From Spirochaetales bacterium (GTDB lineage Bacteria > Spirochaetota > Spirochaetia > DSM-27196 > SLAA01): DNA of 62,099 nucleotides. Where the stretch lies: NCBI GenBank assembly GCA_007127105.1, contig SLAA01000058.1, positions 1 through 62,099 of the forward strand, read 5' to 3'. Position numbers and translations under genes: made by a program. A model generated the notes under the pieces. That model had not been told where the DNA came from. It did no database searches and saw only the letters and a program-made list of their open reading frames with translations. Shown here in pieces: positions 48,015 to 58,121 of the stretch (its first letter is position 1; every line of letters starts with the position of its first letter).

Positions 48015-49585
48015 AATGGCTTTCCTTTGTGAATGAGGTTTGTGATTAACTCCACACGCAGAAGATAATACATGAGTAGTGTGATTACCACGGAACCGAT
48101 TCCGAGCCCCCCAATTCGTAGAAAGTTGAGCGTACTACTACCCATGATCCACCAATCTCCCGTATAGAAGAGATACCCGCGAATGAAGAGCACCAAAGGC
48201 ACGGAGCTTAGGGAGATCTTCGCAAGGGTACGGGCTACATCCCGGAGATTGAGACCTCCAAGGCGTCGGCGTGCGACGAAGATCAATGCAAGGGCACCAA
48301 AACTAAAGGCGACGGAGTTAGCCACCGAAAGCCCCACAACCCGAAGGGCTGTTTCTTTGAGTATGACCGACAGCGTTACATCAATAACGAAGGTGATGAA
48401 AGCTACGCGTACCGGCGTTTTGAAGTCATTCGAGGCGTAAAAGAAACGTTGGCAGAAGGTGAACAGGCCAACGCTGAACAGACCGAAGGAGTAGCCCCGG
48501 AGCACCTGACTTGCAAGCAGCGTGTGTGATACTTCAAATGCACCACGTTGCAGCGCCACTGCTATAAGTTCGCGGCCAAAAAGAGCTAAACAAATTGCCG
48601 ACGGGATGAGCAAGGTCAAAAGATAGCGTACCCCATACTCGAGAGTGCGTTTAAGCCCTTCTGCGTCTTGGGCGGCCGCCTGGCGGCTCATACGTGGGAA
48701 AAGTACGGTTGTGATAGAAGCACTGAAAATTCCAAAGGGCAACTGCCAGAATACCAAGGCGTTGGTCATGGCGGAACCGCTCCCGTCCTCAAGTCCACTC
48801 GCGAAGTATAATGAAACCTGCTGATTGACCGCAAATATTGACGCCGCGGACACCACCGGAAGCCACTGCTTGAGTATACGAATGAAGGCTTCGTTTCGGA
48901 AATCAAAGCCAGGACGGAGTCGATAACCGAGTCGCCGGAATGAGGGGTATTGAAAAGCGAGCTGTCCGAGACCACCCAGTAGCACGCCAACCGCCATGGA
49001 GAAAACACCCAGGCGGCTGTGCAACAAGAGAATACTCCCAACCACGGCAATTGAGAAAAATATTGGGGTTACGGCTGGGACAAGAAAGCGGTTGTGACTA
49101 TTGAGGGTGCCCATGACCACTGCACCGACACTGATCAGGAGTACGTAACCAATCAAGTATCGGAACAGTTCTGCCGCCAGCAACCGACGCTCGGGTTCAG
49201 GGAAATCCAGAATGAATCCGGTAATTGGCCCAGCATAAATCACAGAAAGCGTGAGGAGTGGGATGAGTATCAGAAACTGAAAAGCAATAAGATTCCGAAC
49301 CACTCGCCGAGCACCCCATCCGCTCGGATCACGCACAATTTGTGACGAGAGCACCGGAATAAAGGCGGATGACAACGCGCCTTCAGCCAGAAGTTTTCTC
49401 AAGTTGTTAGGAATATTGAACACCAGGTTGAGTACGTCAGCCTGTCCCGAGCCGCCAAACACGGCCCCTATAACCGCAATCCGGACAAAGCCCAGGAGCC
49501 GGGAAGCCATGGTGGAAACCATGACCACAACGGTTGAGACAGTACTCTTTTCTATGCCGGGTTCGGTTATCCTGTCGCCACTCAC
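48011..49585 (-). CDS. murJ: lipid II flippase MurJ
   Basis: Polytopic protein of about 14 TM helices. N-terminal SRLLGFVR and FNIPNNLRKLLAEGALSSAFIPV motifs. GTGA overlap with tgt. Confidence 0.88.
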   Translation of the reverse strand: MSGDRITEPGIEKSTVSTVVVMVSTMASRLLGFVRIAVIGAVFGGSGQADVLNLVFNIPNNLRKLLAEGALSSAFIPVLSSQIVRDPSGWGARRVVRNLIAFQFLILIPLLTLSVIYAGPITGFILDFPEPERRLLAAELFRYLIGYVLLISVGAVVMGTLNSHNRFLVPAVTPIFFSIAVVGSILLLHSRLGVFSMAVGVLLGGLGQLAFQYPSFRRLGYRLRPGFDFRNEAFIRILKQWLPVVSAASIFAVNQQVSLYFASGLEDGSGSAMTNALVFWQLPFGIFSASITTVLFPRMSRQAAAQDAEGLKRTLEYGVRYLLTLLIPSAICLALFGRELIAVALQRGAFEVSHTLLASQVLRGYSFGLFSVGLFTFCQRFFYASNDFKTPVRVAFITFVIDVTLSVILKETALRVVGLSVANSVAFSFGALALIFVARRRLGGLNLRDVARTLAKISLSSVPLVLFIRGYLFYTGDWWIMGSSTLNFLRIGGLGIGSVVITLLMYYLLRVELITNLIHKGKPL

Positions 49586-50784
49586 ACTCTATTCTCGGTG
49601 TTTTCTGTGCTATCAATCACACCCGTTCGCGGTGGATACGCCTCACGTACCGTGGCGGCCAAGGCAGTGAAGGTGCCTGAGCGAATAGCGCTGCGGATAT
49701 CCTCGAGAAGCTTCCCAAGAAAGCGAAGATTGTGACGAGTCGCCAACATTGGGCCAAGCATTTCCCCGGCAATAAAGAGGTGTCGCAGATATGCTCGTGA
49801 GTAGCGACGACAGGTGAAACAGTCACAGTTCGTATCTATGGGTTCCTCGTCGTAGCGGAAACGCGCATTCTTGAGCGCAATTCTTCCATGCCTCGTGAAG
49901 ACCCCACCGTTGCGGCCAGCACGTGTTGGAAATACGCAGTCGAACATGTCTATACCCTGCTCGACAGCTGCTACAATGTATTCCGGAGTACCAATTCCCA
50001 TTACGTACCGAGGAAGTTTAGGAGGAATAAGTGCTGCTGTGTGAGCCAACATGTCGGTAAAGACCGAGAAAGGTTCGCCAACCGAGAGCCCGCCAATGGC
50101 AATGCCTCGCGGTTCGAGTTCCAATAGCTGTTCGACACTCCGTTGGCGGAGATCCTTAAAAAAATTGCCCTGAACAATAGGAAATAACTCACCTCGGTAC
50201 GATGCAAACAGCTCGCTTTCATTCGTGAGTTCCGCTCGTCTCGTCACTGCTCGTTTGGCCCAACGAGCAGTCATGTCACAGGCTTCGACTGCCGCAGCGT
50301 GATCAATACCATAAGGAGTACAGATGTCCAGTGCCATTTGAATGTCACTGCCATAGCCAGCCTGCAGCTCTACTACCGATTCCGGGGTGAAGTCATGAGC
50401 CGAACCATCTATGTGACTTCGAAATCTCACTCCTGCCTCACTAATCTTGCGATTGGCCGCAAGTGAGAAAACCTGAAATCCGCCGGAATCGGTGAGGATG
50501 TTGTGTGGCCAGGCACTGAAGCGGTGTACTCCCCCGAACTGGGACACAACGTCCGCCCCTGGACGCAGATACAAATGGTACGTGTTGGCGAGGATTAGGC
50601 GAAACCCCATGTCTGCAACCTCGTCTTGAGTGACAGCCTTTACGGTGGCTCCAGTTCCCACCGGCATAAATACAGGAGTTTCAACACGGCCGTGAGGCAG
50701 ATCAAGAAACCCGGTGCGTGCCATGCTATTTGGGTCTTGAGATTCAATGGTAAATAGTGGAGTTTGTTCAATGGTGCTGTTCAT
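49582..50784 (-). CDS. tgt: tRNA-guanine transglycosylase
   Basis: TPVFMPVGTGATVK motif and zinc site CDCFTCRRYSRAYLRHL. ATG 50784 follows GGAG. The track start is TTG at 50799. Confidence 0.93.
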   Translation of the reverse strand: MNSTIEQTPLFTIESQDPNSMARTGFLDLPHGRVETPVFMPVGTGATVKAVTQDEVADMGFRLILANTYHLYLRPGADVVSQFGGVHRFSAWPHNILTDSGGFQVFSLAANRKISEAGVRFRSHIDGSAHDFTPESVVELQAGYGSDIQMALDICTPYGIDHAAAVEACDMTARWAKRAVTRRAELTNESELFASYRGELFPIVQGNFFKDLRQRSVEQLLELEPRGIAIGGLSVGEPFSVFTDMLAHTAALIPPKLPRYVMGIGTPEYIVAAVEQGIDMFDCVFPTRAGRNGGVFTRHGRIALKNARFRYDEEPIDTNCDCFTCRRYSRAYLRHLFIAGEMLGPMLATRHNLRFLGKLLEDIRSAIRSGTFTALAATVREAYPPRTGVIDSTENTENRV

Positions 50785-50846
50785 TTGGTGCTGCTCCAAT
50801 TCATATGGTGACGATTCTCAGTGGTTATTTGTTCAAGGCCTTGAGC

Positions 50847-51938
50847 TTAGCTGCGAGCCAGTCGAAACAGTACAGCGCCCAGCGCAGCGAACAAGGTCAG
50901 AGGAAGCCAGGCTGCCACCAGAGGCTGGATATGGCCCGCGGCTGACATCAGGCTCAGAACCATACCCAGGACATAGTACCCCACTGCCAAGGACAAGGAT
51001 ACCAGCAGACTGAGAAGAAGCACATTCTTGCGGAATCTACTGCCGACGGCGGCCGCGAGCATTGCGACAATAAAGGGTGTGAAGGCAAAAGAGATTCGCG
51101 AATAGTACTCAGTCAAGACGCGGCGGTACGGCAACCCGGCCGCGCGTAATCGCGAGACCCAGTCCCGTGCCTCATCCAACTGCATTTCATCCAGGCTGCG
51201 GGTCAGTCGTCCAAAGAGCTCTGGCTCGGCGTTCAAGTGTTCTAAGCGAAGCCGGTCATGTCGTTTTCGCTCGACGCGAGAGTTGGAACCTCCGGGTTCG
51301 GTCATGGTATACAACTCCGCATTAATAAACTCCCAGGCATTGTCTCTCCACTCTGCTCGTGATGCGTGTATACGTGTTCGAAAAACAGCGCCCGGCTCGC
51401 GTTCAATAACGGTAACACCGTGCAGAGACAAACTCTCGTGAGTGTAGTAGTCGGCATTGTACACAATCCGCCCTTCTTCGGCCAAGACCGTTACATTCGG
51501 GCTGCCTTGGTCCCTGCCTATATTGAGCAGTTCACGGTCAAGTCGGTTTCTGTCCCGAAAGCTGTGAACGACGACCTGCTCCTCAAAGACAAAGCCCGCA
51601 AAACTGAGGAGAATTCCTGCGGCCAGAAACGGTACCACAAAACGCTGCAGAGGTATCCCCGCTCCATAGACTGCAATGAGTTCGTTGTTACTGTATAAGT
51701 TTCCGAGCGTAAAGGAAACCGCGAACAGGATAGCAACCGGTAGCGAGTAGCTGATAGCTTTTGGCAGAAATAGTAGTTGGGCTTGAACTATCACCGAGAG
51801 TGGCACTTCAAGATTCATGTAGCGAACGATTTCTGCGAAGATATCAATGAGTTGAATAATCAACACAAAGAAACTCAGACCTACCAAGAATACCGGAACA
51901 AAGGTTCCCAGCAGCATACGATCCAGTTTGCGTATCAT
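50847..51938 (-). CDS. lptG: LptF/LptG-family LPS export permease (second of pair)
   Basis: YjgP/YjgQ architecture: 3 TM helices, periplasmic domain, 3 TM helices. I chose the ATG at 51938 (MIRKLDRMLLGTF). Confidence 0.75.
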   Translation of the reverse strand: MIRKLDRMLLGTFVPVFLVGLSFFVLIIQLIDIFAEIVRYMNLEVPLSVIVQAQLLFLPKAISYSLPVAILFAVSFTLGNLYSNNELIAVYGAGIPLQRFVVPFLAAGILLSFAGFVFEEQVVVHSFRDRNRLDRELLNIGRDQGSPNVTVLAEEGRIVYNADYYTHESLSLHGVTVIEREPGAVFRTRIHASRAEWRDNAWEFINAELYTMTEPGGSNSRVERKRHDRLRLEHLNAEPELFGRLTRSLDEMQLDEARDWVSRLRAAGLPYRRVLTEYYSRISFAFTPFIVAMLAAAVGSRFRKNVLLLSLLVSLSLAVGYYVLGMVLSLMSAAGHIQPLVAAWLPLTLFAALGAVLFRLARS

Positions 51939-51945
51939 CGCATCT

Positions 51946-53226
51946 CTACCTTCGTATCCATCGAACATGCATAGCCAGTCCGAGAAACAGCAGAACAATA
52001 TTGGGAAACCACATTGCCAAGAATGGCGATATTTCAGGACGTTCCATTCCCAGAGTCTGGCCGCCAAGGATCATGGCCCAGTACGCAACCGAGACCAACA
52101 GACCGAGGCCAAAGCCAACCGCCCTGCCCCGACGCCCTGTACGTAATGCCACAGGAAATGCAAAAACCACAAACGACAAACATGCAAAGGGAATTGAAAA
52201 CTTCTTGTGAAATTCAATGCTGTACAGTTGAAGCCCGCGATCAAAAATGACTCGGTCACGTTCTCGATTCAGTTCTCGGAGGCGAGTTCCGAGATCATTC
52301 TGCACCCTACCGGACTCCACCTCACCACGCGCCAAGGCTTCAAATTTTCCAAGGTAGTCGAGTTGCAACTCATTGGTACGGCGCAGAATCTCCTCCGCCT
52401 GAGCTTGACGGCGCACACGTAGATCCGCCTCCTGCTTCTGCATTTCAACGAAGACATCATAAGAACTCATTTCACGAGGCCCCGGAGTTCTCAGAGCTAC
52501 GGTAATATCTCGTAAGAGAATATTGTACTGCATGTGTTCAGCCTGCAGATACTCGTAGCGGCCTGCATTTCTTCGGGTATGTGTGAACACCGAGGATAGG
52601 TCAAGCGAAATAACACCCCCGCCAGCTTCGTCTCCAGATATGGTAGAAGGGCCAGCAAGAATAATGCGTTCACCGTCCCTGCCGCGTTCGATAATGAGCA
52701 GGTCGTCAATTCTATTGTCGCGTACATTCCCGGTAATTATTGTGCTGTCCTGATAACGACGAATGGAGTAAGGCTCGAGTTCGAGCTCCGGGTTCGCATA
52801 CAATAGCTCACGATAAAGCCTCCCGAAGTTGAGTGTGCCGAGCGGGAGCAGGTAATCATTCATTACGAAAGATCCGAGCGAGAGCACAAGTCCTAGTGCG
52901 GCGATTGGTGCAAAAATACGACCCGTGGGAACGCCGGATGCCTGGAACGCCTGAATCTCATTGTTGCCAACGAGTCTTCCAACTGCCATGAGCGATCCTA
53001 CGAGAGCTCCAAAAGGAAATGACAAGGCGACAATGGAGGGTAATGAGTAAAGTATAAGGCGTAGTACCGCCCCAAGCGGCACGTTGCGTGTGAGAATATC
53101 CTCAGCGAGAAGCAAAAGCTGGTTTACAAAAAAAATTCCAAAGAAAAATAGAAAAGCTACAAGGAAGGAGAAAATGAATTCCTGGGTGATGTAAAGGTAA
53201 CTTATTCGATAACGCCGACGCGGCAT
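51946..53226 (-). CDS. lptF: LptF/LptG-family LPS export permease (first of pair)
   Basis: YjgP/YjgQ architecture. N-terminus YITQEFIFSFLVAFLFF. Confidence 0.75.
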   Translation of the reverse strand: MPRRRYRISYLYITQEFIFSFLVAFLFFFGIFFVNQLLLLAEDILTRNVPLGAVLRLILYSLPSIVALSFPFGALVGSLMAVGRLVGNNEIQAFQASGVPTGRIFAPIAALGLVLSLGSFVMNDYLLPLGTLNFGRLYRELLYANPELELEPYSIRRYQDSTIITGNVRDNRIDDLLIIERGRDGERIILAGPSTISGDEAGGGVISLDLSSVFTHTRRNAGRYEYLQAEHMQYNILLRDITVALRTPGPREMSSYDVFVEMQKQEADLRVRRQAQAEEILRRTNELQLDYLGKFEALARGEVESGRVQNDLGTRLRELNRERDRVIFDRGLQLYSIEFHKKFSIPFACLSFVVFAFPVALRTGRRGRAVGFGLGLLVSVAYWAMILGGQTLGMERPEISPFLAMWFPNIVLLFLGLAMHVRWIRR

Positions 53227-53241
53227 GGCATAGGCCTTAGA

Positions 53242-53673
53242 CTATCGGCCGGTTGAGCCGAAGCCTCCGCTGCCGCGGGTCGTCTCGTTTACATCTTCGG
53301 GAATGAACTGAGCCTGCGTCACAGGCGTTATCAGCAATTGGGCAACTCGATCGCCCGGTTGTATGGTGTATTCACTACTGCCGTGATTAATGAGGATTAC
53401 ACGTACTTCACCTCGGTAATCTGAGTCTACCGTTCCAGGTGCGTTCAACACGGTTACTCCATGTTTTATGGCAAGGCCGGACCGCGGCCTCACTTGACCT
53501 TCATAACCCTGAGGAATTGCAAGCCGTATTCCTGTCGGCACGAGACCTCGCTCCCCTGGTGCAAGCACCAAGGGAGTGGCGAGCGCCGAACGTAAATCTG
53601 CACCGGCCGAACCTTCCGTAGCATAGACAGGATGTAGATCCGACCGGCCTTCTACGCCGACATGAGGACTCAT
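53242..53673 (-). CDS. dut: dUTP diphosphatase
   Basis: [27 protein letters not shown] and [10 protein letters not shown] motifs. The ATG at 53673 lies 1 nt after the pnp stop. Confidence 0.9.
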   Translation of the reverse strand: MSPHVGVEGRSDLHPVYATEGSAGADLRSALATPLVLAPGERGLVPTGIRLAIPQGYEGQVRPRSGLAIKHGVTVLNAPGTVDSDYRGEVRVILINHGSSEYTIQPGDRVAQLLITPVTQAQFIPEDVNETTRGSGGFGSTGR

Positions 53674-53674
53674 G

Positions 53675-55801
53675 CTATCGACGGGGTCTATCCTGATTCC
53701 CACCGTCCTTACCTTCACCGCTTTTGTTTTCGTCGTCGTAGATGAGACTCAGGTTAACCCGTCCCATCTTGTCAATTTCGATAATGCGGACCTGAACTTC
53801 CTGGTTCATTTCCAGAATGTCGGAAACAGCGTTCACGCGGTTCGGGGACATTTTGGAAATATGGCATAGGCCGTCTTTTCCGGGCAGAAACTCAATAAAT
53901 GCACCGAAGTCAACTATGCGTCGTACGGTACCGTCGTAAACCTTTCCTACTTCGGGTTCTTCCAGGAGTCGAGTGAAGCTGTTCTTTGCTTCTTCAGCAC
54001 CTTGCTTATCCCGGCAGTAGATGGTCACCGAGCCGTCATCACTGATGTTTACCTTGACGTCGTGCTTCTCTTGAATACTCTTGATGGTCTTTCCGCCAGG
54101 ACCAATCATGAGGCCGATCTTTTCGGGATCGATCTTGAAGGTAATGATCCGTGGGGCGTACTCAGAAAGCGTCGTGCGGGGTACCGCGATGGCTTCTTTC
54201 ATTTTCTCAAGAATATGGAGGCGACCACGACGAGCCTGTTCGAGCGCCGTCGTCATGATCTCTGCGCTGACGTTTTCTACCTTAATGTCCATCTGGAAGG
54301 CGGTAATTCCCTTTTCTGTACCGGCAACCTTGAAGTCCATGTCACCAAGATGGTCTTCTTCTCCCAGAATATCGGAAAGGACTACGGTTTTTTCACCTTC
54401 CTGTATGAGGCCCATGGCAATACCTGCGACCGGCGCTTCAATGGGTACCCCGGCATTCATGAGTGACAAAGACCCGCCACAAACGGTGGCCATGGAGCTC
54501 GAGCCGTTGGACTCGAGTACCTCGGAGACGAGGCGCAAGGTGTAGGGAAATGCTTCCTGGCTCGGTACTACATTCATCAAGGCTCGGTGAGCCAAATGCC
54601 CGTGGCCAATTTCGCGTCGACCGGTTCCCATACGACCTGTCTCACCCACTGAGAACGGTGGGAAGTTGTAGTGCAGCATGAAACTATCGCGGCGGTCGCC
54701 TTCGATATCGTCCATAATCTGAGCGTCGTAAACTGTGCCTAAGGTGGTGATTGCCAGTGCCTGTGTTTCGCCACGAGTGAACAGCGCCGAGCCGTGGGTC
54801 CGGTCAAGAATATCAAGTTCACAGGTGATGTTGCGAATATCTTCAGGCCCGCGATGGTCGGTGCGTTTCCTGTTCTCAATGATGCTCTTGCGCACAATTT
54901 CTTTTTCAATGGTGTCTGCAAGACCTGAGAATAACTTGTTGTGTTCCTCTGGAACCGCTTCACCGAAATGTTCACGTGCCTCGGTCACAACCTGCTTAAT
55001 GGCAGCGTAACGTTCGAACTTCCCAAGAACAAAACAGGCTTCTTCCAACTTGGGATAGAGGTAAGAACGGATTTCATCTTCTTTTTCTAAGAACTCGGTC
55101 TTTTCAACCAGAGGGAGCTTTTCTTTTCCAACCAGCTGACGAAGTTCATTCTGAATTTGGCAAAGCTCCATGATGGGCTTGCGTGCAAACTCAATGGCTT
55201 CAAGGAGGACTTCCTCGCTTATCTGGCCTGCTCCGCCCTCGACCATGGTTATTCCCTGTTCACTTCCTGCAACAATAATGTCCAGCTCCCCGCCTTCAAT
55301 TTGCGCAAAGGAGGGATTGACTACAAAGTTGCCATTTACCCGCGCTACACGAACTGCACCAACCGGGCCGTTGAAGGGAATGTCGGAAATAGTCACTGCG
55401 GCAGATGCGGCAACCATGGCAATAACGTCGGGCGGATTCACCTGGTCTGCCGACAACACTGTTGGTACGACCTGTATTTCGCGCTGGAAGCTCTTCTGAA
55501 AAAGTGGGCGTAAGGGGCGGTCAATGAGACGGCATACAAGGACTTCTTTATCCTTCGGGCGGCCTTCCCGCTTGAGGAAGCCACCCGGAATTTTGCCTGC
55601 CGCATAGTATTTCTCGTTGTACTCTACCTGAAGCGGAACAAAGTCCAGGCCTTCAACTGGCTTGCTTGAGCAACATGCGGTTGCAAGCACTGCAGTTCCT
55701 GCGTAGTGCGCGAAAACCGAACCGTTGGCCTGCTTGGCCATGTGCCCGGTCTCGATAACGAGATCGTGTTCTCCAATACGGAGAGAGACTGTTTGTTTCA
55801 T
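53675..55801 (-). CDS. pnp: polyribonucleotide nucleotidyltransferase (PNPase)
   Basis: Two RNase PH domains plus KH and S1 domains. Characteristic motifs throughout. Confidence 0.95.
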   Translation of the reverse strand: MKQTVSLRIGEHDLVIETGHMAKQANGSVFAHYAGTAVLATACCSSKPVEGLDFVPLQVEYNEKYYAAGKIPGGFLKREGRPKDKEVLVCRLIDRPLRPLFQKSFQREIQVVPTVLSADQVNPPDVIAMVAASAAVTISDIPFNGPVGAVRVARVNGNFVVNPSFAQIEGGELDIIVAGSEQGITMVEGGAGQISEEVLLEAIEFARKPIMELCQIQNELRQLVGKEKLPLVEKTEFLEKEDEIRSYLYPKLEEACFVLGKFERYAAIKQVVTEAREHFGEAVPEEHNKLFSGLADTIEKEIVRKSIIENRKRTDHRGPEDIRNITCELDILDRTHGSALFTRGETQALAITTLGTVYDAQIMDDIEGDRRDSFMLHYNFPPFSVGETGRMGTGRREIGHGHLAHRALMNVVPSQEAFPYTLRLVSEVLESNGSSSMATVCGGSLSLMNAGVPIEAPVAGIAMGLIQEGEKTVVLSDILGEEDHLGDMDFKVAGTEKGITAFQMDIKVENVSAEIMTTALEQARRGRLHILEKMKEAIAVPRTTLSEYAPRIITFKIDPEKIGLMIGPGGKTIKSIQEKHDVKVNISDDGSVTIYCRDKQGAEEAKNSFTRLLEEPEVGKVYDGTVRRIVDFGAFIEFLPGKDGLCHISKMSPNRVNAVSDILEMNQEVQVRIIEIDKMGRVNLSLIYDDENKSGEGKDGGNQDRPRR

Positions 55802-55812
55802 AAACTCCTACT

Positions 55813-56082
55813 CTACTTTCTGAGACCGAGCTGCTGTATAAGGTTGCGATAACCTTCAAGATCGTTTTTCTTGAGGTAGGCAAGCAAGCGTCGGCGACGG
55901 CCGACAAGTTTCAGCAGTCCGCGCCGTGAGGCGTGATCTTTTTTATGGGTCTTAAAGTGTTCGGTAAGTTCGGTAATTCGGGCGGTCAATAATGCTACCT
56001 GGACGCGGGTGTTACCGGTATCCTTATCCGAAGCTCCGAAACTGGAGACAATTTCCTTGGTTTGATCTTTTGCTAGCGGCAT
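55813..56082 (-). CDS. rpsO: 30S ribosomal protein S15
   Basis: 89 aa. [34 protein letters not shown] motif. Confidence 0.95.
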   Translation of the reverse strand: MPLAKDQTKEIVSSFGASDKDTGNTRVQVALLTARITELTEHFKTHKKDHASRRGLLKLVGRRRRLLAYLKKNDLEGYRNLIQQLGLRK

Positions 56083-56086
56083 TCCA

Positions 56087-56890
56087 CTACTCCTTTTGTG
56101 TTTTGTTGGCGTAAAACGTGATGCGGTTCAACTCTTTTGCGGCAGTCGGAACGATGACGCCGTCCTCCGTGGTGATAACTATACCTTCGGTTTGTGCGTC
56201 TCCGATATGCAGGCGGGCGGCGTAACGTCCGGGAGCGGGCACGAGCTGATCGAGTTTCGCTTTCGCGAACCGTAATTCGTGATCTGAGCTTGCTATCCCA
56301 GGTTCCACTATATCCACTGCGTAGTTACGCCCTAAGAGTCTTTCAGCGGTAGCCAAGTCACCCTTCAACAGGGCTTTCCGTATACCGGTGCTGCTAATTG
56401 TTTCTCGAAGAACATTATCTACAACAGGAGGGATGATGTCAACCCTGATACCGTGACGTCCGAGGTGAGTAGCCAATTGACCACAGTCGGTGTTGTTTTT
56501 ATGTCCACATCGGAAACTTTGTCCAACAACTACCAGTTTTGGGTCTACTGAGCGCTTCAGCTCGTCAAGAAAGCGTCGGCCCGGCACACGTGCAAATGCC
56601 TCGGTGAAGCCAACTACAATCAGATACTCGACACCGGCCGCCTCCATGAGTTCAAGCCTGATGCGGTAACTATCCAGATTACCCCCGTACTTCCAGGGTG
56701 CAATAACCTTCTTGGGATTTGGGATAAAAGTCAAAATGGCCGGGGCTGCACCTTCGCCGTAGTCACGAGCGTGCCTGATCAGGGCCTGGTGTCCGCGATG
56801 CAATCCGTCGAAAACCCCCAAGGCCAGGGACAGGGGCTCCAGGATGCGTATGCTCCGGGTACTGAGCGCGTCCCACCCTACGACCTTCAT
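56087..56890 (-). CDS. ribF: FAD synthetase (RibF family) with short, motif-poor C-terminal domain
   Basis: N-terminal [16 protein letters not shown] adenylyltransferase motif. The C-terminal ~85 aa lack the GFPTAN and E..H...DLYG kinase motifs. Confidence 0.8.
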   Translation of the reverse strand: MKVVGWDALSTRSIRILEPLSLALGVFDGLHRGHQALIRHARDYGEGAAPAILTFIPNPKKVIAPWKYGGNLDSYRIRLELMEAAGVEYLIVVGFTEAFARVPGRRFLDELKRSVDPKLVVVGQSFRCGHKNNTDCGQLATHLGRHGIRVDIIPPVVDNVLRETISSTGIRKALLKGDLATAERLLGRNYAVDIVEPGIASSDHELRFAKAKLDQLVPAPGRYAARLHIGDAQTEGIVITTEDGVIVPTAAKELNRITFYANKTQKE

Positions 56891-57777
56891 GAGTTTTCAC
56901 TCGCCCTTACAAAACGATATCGGAAAGCCTTGCCGTCGTACTCCGACAGCGCAAGAAAATCGCCTGCCTCGGATAGAAGGGCCGATATCTCCGGCTGTGT
57001 AGGCCGGTGCACAAACATTTCCGGACGCAAAGGCACACCTCCGGCAACCGCATCCAGCATGTTCTTTGGAACCTTGCGTAGAGTAATTGCTGGCAGTTCG
57101 GGGAGAAACTCCTCAATCGGGCGTAGATCCTGTTTGACGTTGATATTCTCCGGATCTACGCTTCTATCAAGGGTGAAGTTTCCTACGGCGGAACGCTCGA
57201 GCGCGGAAAGGTAGGCCACTGTGCCCAGGCGTTCGGCGATATCACGCGCGAGTGCCCGAATATAGGTGCCTCGTGAGCAGTTCACTCTGACTCGCAACTC
57301 GGTCTCGGTGCTCGAAAGCACCTGAACATCATAGATGTGCACGGTGCGCGCTTTGAGTGCTGGTTTTTCTCCGCTTCTGGCAATATCCGAGGCGCGCCGA
57401 CCATTGACATGCAAGGCACTGAAGTCTGGTGGAAGCTGTTCTATTTCACCAATGAAGCTTTGGGCAACTCGTTGTGCTTCCTCGGGCCTCGGCAAAGGGC
57501 CTGTGCCGGCGGGTTGTCCCTCGGGGTCAAGGGTCGTAGTGGTGCTTCCGAAGCGGATCGTAGCGATATAGGTTTTGGGGAGATCCATAAAAAACGAACT
57601 GAACCTGGACGCGGTTCCCACAAGGGCAGGTAGCACTCCGCAAGCGAATTTATCCAGAGTTCCGGTGTGACCAATTCGCTTGGTGCCGAAAGCGTGTTTT
57701 GCAGCCGTCAGTGTCCGGAAAGAAGTTAATCCAGGGGCTTTGTGCAGGACAACCAGTCCGCACGGCGTGCTACTCAA
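56887..57777 (-). CDS. truB: tRNA pseudouridine-55 synthase
   Basis: HKAPGLTSF and GHTGTLD motifs. TTG start overlaps the rbfA stop (TTGA). Confidence 0.92.
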   Translation of the reverse strand: MSSTPCGLVVLHKAPGLTSFRTLTAAKHAFGTKRIGHTGTLDKFACGVLPALVGTASRFSSFFMDLPKTYIATIRFGSTTTTLDPEGQPAGTGPLPRPEEAQRVAQSFIGEIEQLPPDFSALHVNGRRASDIARSGEKPALKARTVHIYDVQVLSSTETELRVRVNCSRGTYIRALARDIAERLGTVAYLSALERSAVGNFTLDRSVDPENINVKQDLRPIEEFLPELPAITLRKVPKNMLDAVAGGVPLRPEMFVHRPTQPEISALLSEAGDFLALSEYDGKAFRYRFVRASENS

Positions 57778-58121
57778 CCCACGATATCCTCAATGGTTTT
57801 GTTGATGCGAAAGCCGTCTTCTATGCTGGTGTCTACCACGAACTGTAGCCGCGGCGTGACACGCAATGTAATGCGACTTGCGAGCCTCTTCTGAATGAAA
57901 CCGGCGGCGCTGTTTAGTCCTGCTACCGCCGCTTCAAGCGCGGTGGGCTCGAGATATCCGGAGATTCTGACCCGGGCATGGGTAAGATCCTTGGAAATCT
58001 TCACTCCGTTGACACCCGCAAGGGTGTCAACTCGTGGATCCTTTATCTCGCCGCTCAGAATGAGTTTACCAATTTCCTCGGTGAGGAGACTCTCAACTCG
58101 CTCGAGTCTGTGTCCACTCAT
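57774..58121 (-). CDS. rbfA: ribosome-binding factor A
   Basis: RLERVESLLTEEIGKLI motif, 115 aa, position between infB and truB. Confidence 0.92.
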   Translation of the reverse strand: MSGHRLERVESLLTEEIGKLILSGEIKDPRVDTLAGVNGVKISKDLTHARVRISGYLEPTALEAAVAGLNSAAGFIQKRLASRITLRVTPRLQFVVDTSIEDGFRINKTIEDIVG

